The notes under the pieces: generated by a model
What the model saw: only the letters and a program-made list of their open reading frames with translations
Database searches by the model: none
Told to the model about the DNA's origin: nothing
Shown here: positions 45,964 to 54,109 of the stretch, piece after piece
Layout: each line of letters starts with the position of its first letter
How positions within the stretch are numbered: the stretch's first letter is position 1
Program-made: the position numbers and the translations under genes
From: an uncultured Anaerolineaceae bacterium
Lineage (GTDB): Bacteria; Chloroflexota; Anaerolineae; Anaerolineales; Villigracilaceae
Reading direction: 5' to 3'
Length of the DNA: 64,000 nt
Assembly (NCBI GenBank): GCA_964625215.1
Contig: CAZVAX010000001.1
Span: 30,354 to 94,353, forward strand

Positions 45964-47484
45964 ATGCTGAAATACATCCTTCCCCGCCTGCGCGACATCC
46001 TCTTCCTGGCCGTTTTTCTTGGGGCGTTCTTGCTCGGCCCGCGCATGTTGTCCCTCGACAGCGACTTGGGACGTCACCTCACGCTCGGCAACTATATTCT
46101 CGAAGAACGAGACATCCCCACCACCGACATTCTCTCGCACACCAAAAGCGGCGAGCCGCGTCCCGCCTACGAGTGGTTGACGCAGGTTTTATTCGCGCTG
46201 GCGAATCGCGTCGCCGGGCTGGACGGAGTAATCCTCGTCTGCGCGCTGACTATCGCCGTGGCCTTCGCTCTCGTCTACGCGGACGCGGCGCGGCGGAGCG
46301 CCTTGCCATTGACCGCGCTCATCGTCACGATGAGCGCGGTGGCCGCCTCCAGCCTGCACTGGCTCCCGCGCCCACACGTTATCACGTTCCTCTTCCTGGC
46401 AATTTGGATCGAGCGGTTGGAACGCATGCGGCGCGGCGAGGATGTCCCGCTCTGGCAATTCCCCGCGCTGATGCTGTTTTGGGTTAACGCGCATGGCGGG
46501 TTTCTGTTTGGCGCGCTGGCGTGGGTTGCGTATTTCGGCGGTTGGGCGTTGTCTGTCATTGCGAGGGTACGCCCGAAGCAATCCCCCCTTGCGGTTGAAG
46601 GATTGCCTGACCGGGAAGAACACCCCGCTCGCAATGACGGAGGCGGAAAACAATTCCTGCTCATCGGCGCGACCTCCCTGCTGGCAACCTTTGTCGCCCC
46701 GAGCGGATGGGGAAATTGGCAGGCGGTGTTGAATAATAACAACCGCTTTCTCCTGAGTCATACCATCGAAACTATGCCGCCGGATTTCGCGCAGGCGGGA
46801 ATGTGGCCATTTGCGCTCTTGCTCATCCTTGTCGTTGTTTTATGTTTTGCCACGCGCAAGACAACGCCTTTCGCGCATTTCTTTTTGCTCGGCGGTTTTT
46901 CCCTGCTCGGATTGTTGATGGCGCGTAATATTCCACTCTTCGCCATCGCGGCCGCGCCGGTCCTCGCGGAGCGGTTAGCGGACTTCTTACAAACTATGCA
47001 ACGCTGGCGAAAGATTGAGGCGAACATCGCGAAGTTGGAGAGACCGTTGCGGGGCGCGCTGTGGCCGGTCGTCGTATGCGGAGGAATCGCTTTGGCGCTG
47101 GCTGGCCGGTTCGGGGTCCGACAGGAAGCGACGGCCCGGTTCGACGCGAACGTCTTTCCGGTTGCGGCGACGGATTGGCTGGTCGAACATCCCCAGTCGG
47201 GAAATATGTTCAACGAGTTCAATTGGGGCGGGTATCTTTTATATCGCTTGTGGCCCGATCAAAAAGTGTATCTCGACAGCCAGACCGATTTTTATGGGGA
47301 GGAATTCATGCGGGAGTACGAACAGATTTTGACCGCGCAAGGCGATTGGCAACCCGCCCTCGACCGTCGCGCTGTGACTTGGGCCATCCTCCCATCCGAC
47401 GCGCCGCTCGCCTCCTCCCTACGGGACGCCGGGTGGCTGCCTCTCTATTTTGATTCCACCGCCATCATTTTCCGGCATCCGTGA
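45964..47484 (+). CDS. Polytopic membrane protein, GT-C-like (function unknown), carrying an in-frame repeat insertion
   Basis: 506 aa, 10 or more TM helices plus a soluble C-terminal domain. Confidence 0.6.
   Translation: MLKYILPRLRDILFLAVFLGAFLLGPRMLSLDSDLGRHLTLGNYILEERDIPTTDILSHTKSGEPRPAYEWLTQVLFALANRVAGLDGVILVCALTIAVAFALVYADAARRSALPLTALIVTMSAVAASSLHWLPRPHVITFLFLAIWIERLERMRRGEDVPLWQFPALMLFWVNAHGGFLFGALAWVAYFGGWALSVIARVRPKQSPLAVEGLPDREEHPARNDGGGKQFLLIGATSLLATFVAPSGWGNWQAVLNNNNRFLLSHTIETMPPDFAQAGMWPFALLLILVVVLCFATRKTTPFAHFFLLGGFSLLGLLMARNIPLFAIAAAPVLAERLADFLQTMQRWRKIEANIAKLERPLRGALWPVVVCGGIALALAGRFGVRQEATARFDANVFPVAATDWLVEHPQSGNMFNEFNWGGYLLYRLWPDQKVYLDSQTDFYGEEFMREYEQILTAQGDWQPALDRRAVTWAILPSDAPLASSLRDAGWLPLYFDSTAIIFRHP
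46555..46638. repeat. Nested palindromic repeat, family 2, copy c, inside a CDS and in frame (84 nt)
   Basis: GTCATTGCGAGGGTACGCCCGAAGCAATCC...GGATTGCCTGACC...CTCGCAATGAC. Translated as VIARVRPKQSPLAVEGLPDREEHPARND within the 45964-47484 ORF. Confidence 0.75.
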
Positions 47485-48645
47485 CGCGGCCTGCTCCCGT
47501 CGCAAAATAATCGCGAACAAACCCAGCACGAGCAGGGTCATCAGGCTGTTGGGATTTTCCATGCGGATGGTTGCGGACCAGCCAAATAACAGCCAGCCGA
47601 TAATATCCACGCCGAGGAAGAGCAACGCGCTGACCAAATAAGGCGCGCGCTGTTTTATCAAGGCGGGCATGCTGAGCGTCATTGGAAGCCAGAGCAGAAC
47701 CTGGTCGTATGGCCACAGATAAGGCGTGACAAAAAGCGCCACCGCGACAGAGAGGGCGAGACCGTGAAGGGGGGACATGGTTTTCCAGCGGCGGATGGCG
47801 AGGAAATAGAGCGTGCAGATGACAAGGGTGAGAATGGCGCCAAGCAAAATCGTGTAAGTCGGATCGAATCCAACCGCCAACCCGGAGAGACCCCAGAGGG
47901 TGGAGGAGTAACCGAATGTCTCCGATTGTTTGGATTGCACAACGCCGAGGTATTCGCTCACCCAATTCGGGTTGAGGAGGAGACCGACGAGCAGAATCCC
48001 CATTCCGCCCGCGCCGACGCCGGCGAGTCCTCGGTAGGATTTGCGAACGAGCAGGAACAAACCAGCCAGGGCAATAATGGGAACGCCGATGCTCGGCTTG
48101 AGCAAGAGGATGGAAAGCGCCGCGCCGCCCCAAAACCAGCGGCCTCGTTCCCACAACCTCCCGGCCCCCACAATCGCCAACAAAAAGATCGCGCTCAGCT
48201 GACCGTTCACCAACAGAGAGATAACCGGACGATACAATAAAATCCCCAACGCGACCGGGACAATGAAGTGTTTCCGGTTCTCCCCCAACAAAGGAAAGAG
48301 GATGAGCGCGGAAATCAACAATAAAATTTGGGAGAGCCACACCCACGCCACGAAGGCGGGATACAAGTCGAACGCGCCGAAGGGGATGAACAGAATAGCG
48401 AGGGGAATGGGATATAAAAAGGTTGGGTCGGAAATCCATTTCGCGCCATAGGTGTGATGCGCCTCGACCCACCCTTCCGCTTCATATGGATTTTGGTAAG
48501 ATTGAAGCATGCGCCCCGAAAGCCAAAACGAGAAAAAGTCGCTGTTGGGATAATTCGTGGGGCTGACAATCAGCCTGCTGGTTCCTCCGAACAGGACGCA
48601 AAGCAGAACGATGACGAGGCCGCTGGTTATCTTCCTTGCATTCAT
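47419..48645 (-). CDS. GT87/DUF2029-like polytopic membrane glycosyltransferase
   Basis: Start trimmed to the ATG at 48645 (MNARKITSGLVIVLL). SDFFSFWLSGRMLQSYQNPYE is the DUF2029 N-terminal motif. Confidence 0.65.
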   Translation of the reverse strand: MNARKITSGLVIVLLCVLFGGTSRLIVSPTNYPNSDFFSFWLSGRMLQSYQNPYEAEGWVEAHHTYGAKWISDPTFLYPIPLAILFIPFGAFDLYPAFVAWVWLSQILLLISALILFPLLGENRKHFIVPVALGILLYRPVISLLVNGQLSAIFLLAIVGAGRLWERGRWFWGGAALSILLLKPSIGVPIIALAGLFLLVRKSYRGLAGVGAGGMGILLVGLLLNPNWVSEYLGVVQSKQSETFGYSSTLWGLSGLAVGFDPTYTILLGAILTLVICTLYFLAIRRWKTMSPLHGLALSVAVALFVTPYLWPYDQVLLWLPMTLSMPALIKQRAPYLVSALLFLGVDIIGWLLFGWSATIRMENPNSLMTLLVLGLFAIILRREQAASRMPENDGGGIKIERQPPGVP

Positions 48646-48827
48646 GGGCAACTTTTTCCGAACTCTCGATGCGGGCGTTTTGAAATCTCGATTGGCAAAC
48701 GGAGATACAAGACCCAAACAAATAGACGGCTCATATGAAGATTGCAAAACCCGACGCTACATGCCCTGGCGGGCGGCGCCAGGGGAGAGCGTCTGGCGCG
48801 CTCACGTTGGAAAAGATTTTAACCCTA

Positions 48828-49997
48828 ATGCCAAGATTCAACCGTATTGATTTCCTTTTTCTGGTCAGTTGGCTGATCGTCAGTCTGGGAGTCGCGTTTC
48901 TCTCCGTCGTCGTGTTCGGGGTGGATTTTCGCGGGTATTACGCCGCGGCCAAAGTCTTATTGGCGGGCGGAAACCCATACGATTATCGCCTGGTCGCGGA
49001 CGCGCTTCTGGAAATCACCGGGGAAATGGGAAACAATCCCTTTTATTACCCTCTTTGGTTTGCGTGGCTTTTTATCCCGCTGGTGTGGCTTCCCTTCCAA
49101 ACCGCGCGCTGGATTTGGATGGCCTTCAACCTCGTCCTGTGGAGCGTCGGTCTCTGGCGGCTGGGCGAACTGGTCCATTGGCCGCCGGAGGGTTGGAAAC
49201 GCTACTTTTTCTTTTTGCTCGCCACCCTGTCGTTCGCGTGGATTGTTTGGAGATACGAGCAGGCGGGAATTCTCGTCTTCTTCCTTCTTTTGGCGGCGCT
49301 TTTGGCGGCGCAAAAAGAAAAATGGGATGCGGCTGGAATCTGGCTGGCTTTGTCGCTCATCAAGCCAAATATTACGCTCCCCATCGTGGCCGGAATTTCC
49401 TTGTGGTTGCTTTCCAAGGGATGGCGCCGCCCCGTGGCGGTCATGATCGCCACGCTCCTCGCGTTGCTGGCAATCTCCACGCTGATCACCCCCGATTGGT
49501 TCGCGCCTTTCTTCGAGCCGGGATTTGGGCTCGGGCTGACCGTGGCGTTGGATGGGCCGGATACCATCGTGATGGACCGGATCAACACCACCTTCATGGA
49601 TTGGTTATCCACCCTGAACATTCAAGGGCTGGCAGGCCCGATCTTGTACGGGTTTTTGATCTGCGCCGCGGCCGCGGCTTTCTATTTCACCGTTGCGCGC
49701 TCCCGGTCGCTTTTGGAGGCGGCGAGTTTATGCACGGTCATTTCGTTCGCCGTCACACCGTACGCGCTCCAATATGATTACCCGCCGCTTGTGATTCCCT
49801 TGTTTTGGGCGCTCTCCCTGCCCAATCCATCCAGCGCTTCTGCAAAATGGAAAATCCTGATGGCGGCCTTCGTTTTCAGCGTGAACATCTGGCAACAAAA
49901 TATTTCATACGGATATTGGATCGTCGTTGGCATGACGATTCTCGTCGCGTATGCGCTCGGCCAAGCCAGGAAAATTTCCGCGCCAGCCGCAGGCTAG
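48828..49997 (+). CDS. GT87/DUF2029-like polytopic membrane glycosyltransferase
   Basis: Start trimmed to the ATG at 48828 (MPRFNRIDFLFLV). VDFRGYYAAAKVLLAGGNPYDY. Confidence 0.65.
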   Translation: MPRFNRIDFLFLVSWLIVSLGVAFLSVVVFGVDFRGYYAAAKVLLAGGNPYDYRLVADALLEITGEMGNNPFYYPLWFAWLFIPLVWLPFQTARWIWMAFNLVLWSVGLWRLGELVHWPPEGWKRYFFFLLATLSFAWIVWRYEQAGILVFFLLLAALLAAQKEKWDAAGIWLALSLIKPNITLPIVAGISLWLLSKGWRRPVAVMIATLLALLAISTLITPDWFAPFFEPGFGLGLTVALDGPDTIVMDRINTTFMDWLSTLNIQGLAGPILYGFLICAAAAAFYFTVARSRSLLEAASLCTVISFAVTPYALQYDYPPLVIPLFWALSLPNPSSASAKWKILMAAFVFSVNIWQQNISYGYWIVVGMTILVAYALGQARKISAPAAG

Positions 49998-51328
49998 ACC
50001 ATTGCATCCACCATGAACGCGATGAATAGGAACAGCAGATACATGCTCGTCCAGCGGTACATTTGCCAGGCGACTTTGTTCCCCTCTTGTTTCCACACGC
50101 GCCACGCGCCGTAGATCAGCCACAATCCCAACACGATGGCCGAGACAAGGTAGATCGTCCCGGTCAAGTGGAACGCGGGCAGGAGCAGGGTGATCGCGAC
50201 GAGAACCCAGGTGTAGATCCAAATCTGCTTGCGCGTCGCCGTCTCGCCGCGCACCACCGGGAGCATGGGAACGCCTGCGTTGGCGTAATCCTTTTGGCGG
50301 ACGATGGCGAGCGCCCAAAAATGCGGCGGCGTCCAGAAGAAGACGATGGCGAAGAGGAGGATCGAAACGAGGTCAATGCGACCGGTGGCGGCGGCCCAGC
50401 CCACCATCGGGGGAATCGCCCCCGCCCCGCCGCCGATGACGATGTTTTGCACCGTCGCTTTTTTCAGCCACACCGAGTAGACCAGCACATAGTAAAAAAT
50501 TCCCGCGAGCGAAAGCAGAGCCGCCGTCACATTGACGAAACAGGCCAGAATGTAATAACTGAGGATGCACAACGCCAGAGAAAACGCCAGTCCCTCGGCG
50601 GGGAACATCCGTCCGGCCGCGAGCGGACGTTTCTCGGTGCGCTGCATGTTCTTATCGAGGTCGCGGTCAATGAATTGATTCAACGCGGAGGAGCCTCCGG
50701 CCGCGAGCGCGCCGCCCAGAAGGGTGAAAAACGCCAGGGAAAACGAGGGCCAGCCCCGAAGTCCCGCGAGAAGCGAAGTGAAGGTGGTGGCGAGAAGCAA
50801 CGAGACCACGATCGGTTTGGTCAGCGTGAAAAAGTCCCTGAGGCGTTGTCCCCATCCCACGCGCGGATAGGCCGCCGAAACCGGGGATAGAAATCCCGAA
50901 ACGATCACCAGCGCCGCCAGCCCCACCCACAGCGAAATGGCCGTCAACCCATGCAGGATGATGAGATGCAACACGAAACCGCCGGCCGCCTGCACCGCGC
51001 CGATGAGCGCTTCGCCAAAATAGAGAGCGACCACAACGGTGGCGAGCGGCAGGAGCGTGCGTTCCTCGCGATGATGCCGCCAGGCGGTGACGAAGATCCA
51101 GAGCATCAACACGCTCGCCAGCCCCACCGCCAGGCGATGCCCCAAGCCGATCCAACCTACCGGGTTTTCGGGCCAACACAAAGGCCAGCCCGAACAGGCG
51201 GTGAGCGCGCCGGTAAGTTTGGTGTAACGCCCGCCGACGGTCACTAATAAAGTCGCCACCATCGTCAAAAGCGTCAACCGGGTGAAGGGCGCAGAAAGGG
51301 AAAATTTTGCGGCAGTGATCGCTCTCAC
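49994..51328 (-). CDS. ctaB: Protoheme IX farnesyltransferase (heme O synthase) with an N-terminal 4-helix CtaA/COX15-like module
   Basis: The GTG at 51328 overlaps the surf1 stop (GTGA). N-terminus: TGALTACSGWPLCW plus His in helices 2 and 4 (GLGHRLAV, HLIILHG). C-terminus: LTKPIVVSLLL..., ALNQFIDRDLDKNMQRTEKRPLA (UbiA motif). Confidence 0.8.
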   Translation of the reverse strand: MRAITAAKFSLSAPFTRLTLLTMVATLLVTVGGRYTKLTGALTACSGWPLCWPENPVGWIGLGHRLAVGLASVLMLWIFVTAWRHHREERTLLPLATVVVALYFGEALIGAVQAAGGFVLHLIILHGLTAISLWVGLAALVIVSGFLSPVSAAYPRVGWGQRLRDFFTLTKPIVVSLLLATTFTSLLAGLRGWPSFSLAFFTLLGGALAAGGSSALNQFIDRDLDKNMQRTEKRPLAAGRMFPAEGLAFSLALCILSYYILACFVNVTAALLSLAGIFYYVLVYSVWLKKATVQNIVIGGGAGAIPPMVGWAAATGRIDLVSILLFAIVFFWTPPHFWALAIVRQKDYANAGVPMLPVVRGETATRKQIWIYTWVLVAITLLLPAFHLTGTIYLVSAIVLGLWLIYGAWRVWKQEGNKVAWQMYRWTSMYLLFLFIAFMVDAMV

Positions 51329-52086
51329 GAAACTCGCTCCGTCTCTTGCTTGCGCAGGTAAAAGGGATAGCCCAACAATAAAAGGGCCGCAAACGCGAAC
51401 CACTGCAAAGCATACCCGACATGCGGCCCTTCGGATAATTCCATTTCTTCGGGGTGCGGAATGGGCAGGCCGGGGCCGGCGGGCGAGGTCTGCTGGATGT
51501 AGACCGGCAAAATGGGATACGGCAATTGCAAAGCGATGCGTTCGAGGTTGACGAAGGTCCACGTATCGAGACGCGCCTGACCGGGCGCGAGAGTGGGATC
51601 GGTACGCCCGCCGAGGGACGCGCCTGACTGACTGAGACGGATCACGCCCTCGACCCGGGCCGGCTGAGGCCCATCGTAGCGAGTCCAACCCTCGCGCGTT
51701 TCACCTCCTTCCGCGGCCACCCAGCCTCGGTCCACCAACACGGCGGTCCCATCAGCCAGAAGGAGGGGCGTCAAAAGATCGAATCCGTACACATCGTTCA
51801 CGTACTGATTGCGGATGGCGACCTGGTTCTCAAAATCGTATTCGCCGCTGACAATGACCGCGCGGTATTCCATCGCGACAAGATCGTCCGGCGCGCTGGC
51901 GGAAATATCCAGCGGAGGCAGGGCGCGCATGGACAACACCTGTTCGTTGAAAGCGCGTCGCTGGTCGAGCCGGTCGAGTTGCCAAATGCCGAGGCGCGCG
52001 CACATCGCCGCGCCAATAACAACGAGCGCGGTGGTGAGAATCCATTGTTTGGAAAACATGCGAGGAAGGATGCGGAGGAGACTCAC
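51325..52086 (-). CDS. surf1: SURF1 family cytochrome oxidase assembly protein
   Basis: ALVVIGAAMCARLGIWQLDRL, GYALQWFAFAALLL. Confidence 0.85.
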   Translation of the reverse strand: MSLLRILPRMFSKQWILTTALVVIGAAMCARLGIWQLDRLDQRRAFNEQVLSMRALPPLDISASAPDDLVAMEYRAVIVSGEYDFENQVAIRNQYVNDVYGFDLLTPLLLADGTAVLVDRGWVAAEGGETREGWTRYDGPQPARVEGVIRLSQSGASLGGRTDPTLAPGQARLDTWTFVNLERIALQLPYPILPVYIQQTSPAGPGLPIPHPEEMELSEGPHVGYALQWFAFAALLLLGYPFYLRKQETERVS

Positions 52087-52601
52087 GAAGCAGGCTCCTC
52101 TTTCTTAATCGGACGCGCCACGAGGCTGTAGAGCGCGATCAATCCGCCGAGGGGAAGCCCGCCGAAGAGGATGCCGGTGAAGCGCGTGTAGGGAGTCACG
52201 GGTTCGCGCACGTCGAGGCCGAGGGCTTTGTCGGGTTGGAAAGAGCAGGAGTAGGAGTAGCCTTCGGGTTTGTCGAAAGCTAAACTAGCCGACGCGCCGG
52301 GCGGGATGAACAACGGGCCGAGTTCATGGGGCGCGGAATCTTCGTTCTTCACCACCAGCTCGTCGCCGACGATAAAGATCATATCATCCGGGATGGAGGG
52401 AGGTTGTTCGCCGCGCGCCACCAGGTCCGCTGTGCCGGGAGGGATGACGAGTTCGATCACCTGCGGATCGCGATTCACTTCACGCAGGAAGAGGAAGGAG
52501 AGTTCGCTCACCGCCGCGCTGAGGGCAATGCCGATGGCGAGGCAGAGGAGGATGCGTTTGAGGAGGGGACGGTTGTTGAGCATTTTGATTGTGGACTCCA
52601 A
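52083..52601 (-). CDS. Bitopic membrane protein of unknown function inside the oxidase assembly operon
   Basis: 172 aa. N- and C-terminal TM helices flank a beta-rich domain. GTGA overlap with surf1. Confidence 0.5.
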   Translation of the reverse strand: MESTIKMLNNRPLLKRILLCLAIGIALSAAVSELSFLFLREVNRDPQVIELVIPPGTADLVARGEQPPSIPDDMIFIVGDELVVKNEDSAPHELGPLFIPPGASASLAFDKPEGYSYSCSFQPDKALGLDVREPVTPYTRFTGILFGGLPLGGLIALYSLVARPIKKEEPAS

Positions 52602-52645
52602 CGTCTCCCAACGTTGGCCTCAAAGTCTGGAGACTTTGGAGTCCG
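52592..52645. repeat. Intergenic palindromic repeat, family 1, copy c (between sco1 and downstream gene)
   Basis: TGGACTCCAACGTCTCCCAACGTTGGCCTCAAAGTCTGGAGACTTTGGAGTCCG. Confidence 0.7.
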
Positions 52646-52646
52646 G

Positions 52647-53252
52647 TTAACGAGTCAATAGAATCTTCAAATCGTGCGTCACGTCTTCCACTGTCGCGCC
52701 GAAGGGGAAGGATAGGCTGAGGTTGCCACGCGCGTCCACTACGTAGACGCGGGCTGTGTGCGAGACCTCGTAAAAGCCGTTGGCGTTGGGCGTCCCCAGT
52801 TCGCGGAAGACGCCGTAGGCGGTCCACACTGTGGCGAGTTCCTCTTCGGTTCCGCTGAGACCCAAAAAATTCGGGTCGAAGCGTGAGACGTATTCCTGGA
52901 TGAGCGCGGGAGTGTCGCGATTGGGATCCACGGTGATGAAGACCACCTGCACCCGGTCCGCCTGCTCGGGTTTCAACTGCGCCCGCGCCTGTTTCAACAC
53001 GGCCAGCGTGGCGGGACACACGTCCGGGCAGGCGGCATAGCCGAAGAAGAGCAACACCACCTCGCCGCGGTAGTCGGAGAGGCGAAAGGGGCGTCCGTTT
53101 TGGTCGGTCAGCGCGATCTCCGCCGCGGGGACGGGCGGTTCGATCACCGAGCCGCGCAACTGGTTGAAACTGGAAAACAAAACGAGATATAACGTCACAA
53201 AACCGATCAAGAATAAGGCCCCCACGCCGACCCAAAGTAATCTACGATCCAT
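52647..53252 (-). CDS. sco1: SCO1/SenC copper chaperone
   Basis: Start trimmed to the ATG at 53252 (MDRRLLWVGVGALFLIG). FGYAACPDVCP motif. Confidence 0.85.
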   Translation of the reverse strand: MDRRLLWVGVGALFLIGFVTLYLVLFSSFNQLRGSVIEPPVPAAEIALTDQNGRPFRLSDYRGEVVLLFFGYAACPDVCPATLAVLKQARAQLKPEQADRVQVVFITVDPNRDTPALIQEYVSRFDPNFLGLSGTEEELATVWTAYGVFRELGTPNANGFYEVSHTARVYVVDARGNLSLSFPFGATVEDVTHDLKILLTR

Positions 53253-53261
53253 TCTATCTCC

Positions 53262-53298
53262 TGACAAAAAGATGGGCGTCCTTTGCAGAACGCCCATC
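53262..53298 (-). terminator. Rho-independent terminator/attenuator between ctaE and sco1
   Basis: The minus strand reads GATGGGCGT-TCTGCAAAGG-ACGCCCATC followed by TTTTTGTCA. Confidence 0.65.
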
Positions 53299-53326
53299 CA
53301 TTTTACTACAACGACTTGCAGTGAAT

Positions 53327-54100
53327 CTACTTGACCGCCGTGCCGATCAGGTAGAGGGCCGGGTAGAAGAAGATCCACACCACGTCCACGAAGTGCCAAT
53401 AGACGGCGGCGGCCTCCACGCCCCAGTGGTTCTCGGCGGTGAAGTATCCCTTGCGCCCGTTACGATAGACGAGAGCCAGGAAGATAACCCCCGTCAACAC
53501 ATGGAAAGCGTGCATGCCGGTCATCATGTAGAAGATGCCGCCGACCACGTCTTTGCTGGCGATGATCTCTTCGATCTGCGCCAATTGCCACTCGCCACCC
53601 ACCACGCCGATGACGAAGCCCAGGCCCAAAACGATGGTGATAAGCGTGCCGGTCAGGAAGCCCTTGGTGTCGCCATGCGCCATGGATGTTTCGGCGCGGT
53701 TCATGAAGAACGAGGAAATGAGCAAGACAGAGGTGACGATCAAGCCGAGGAACTGATTCAGCGCGGGGCGTTCCATGCCGAGCAGGTTGAAGCGACTGAC
53801 GAGCAGGCCGCCGAACACGAAGGAGTCGGACAGGAGGAAGAGCCACAGGCCGAGGCGATTCGTGCCGGTCTTGTAGGCGACGCTATCGTGACCCTCGCCG
53901 TGATCGTCCTGGCTGAGTTTGTAGATGTGCATGTAGTAGTACGCGACCAGCCCGGCCTTGACCAGGGCCACGACGGTCAGCAGGACCACATTGGGCAGGG
54001 CAAGCGCGAGGCCAAACTCCAGCGCAGTCAAAACGGCGAGGTAGATGAAGATGACAACGCCCTGCGAGAGCGCGGATTTTTTGTCGGTTGTGTGAGTCAT
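53327..54100 (-). CDS. ctaE: Cytochrome c oxidase subunit III
   Basis: 257 aa, 7 TM. FYMMTGMHAFHVLTGVIFL, YWHFVDVVWIFFYPALY. Confidence 0.9.
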   Translation of the reverse strand: MTHTTDKKSALSQGVVIFIYLAVLTALEFGLALALPNVVLLTVVALVKAGLVAYYYMHIYKLSQDDHGEGHDSVAYKTGTNRLGLWLFLLSDSFVFGGLLVSRFNLLGMERPALNQFLGLIVTSVLLISSFFMNRAETSMAHGDTKGFLTGTLITIVLGLGFVIGVVGGEWQLAQIEEIIASKDVVGGIFYMMTGMHAFHVLTGVIFLALVYRNGRKGYFTAENHWGVEAAAVYWHFVDVVWIFFYPALYLIGTAVK

Positions 54101-54109
54101 GTTCGCTTC

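Noticed and set aside
51329-51688. N-terminal 120 codons of the 564-aa ctaB ORF
   Set aside because: They overlap the well-supported surf1 gene in another frame and are Arg-rich. The GTG at 51328, which forms a GTGA overlap with the surf1 stop, is the more plausible start.
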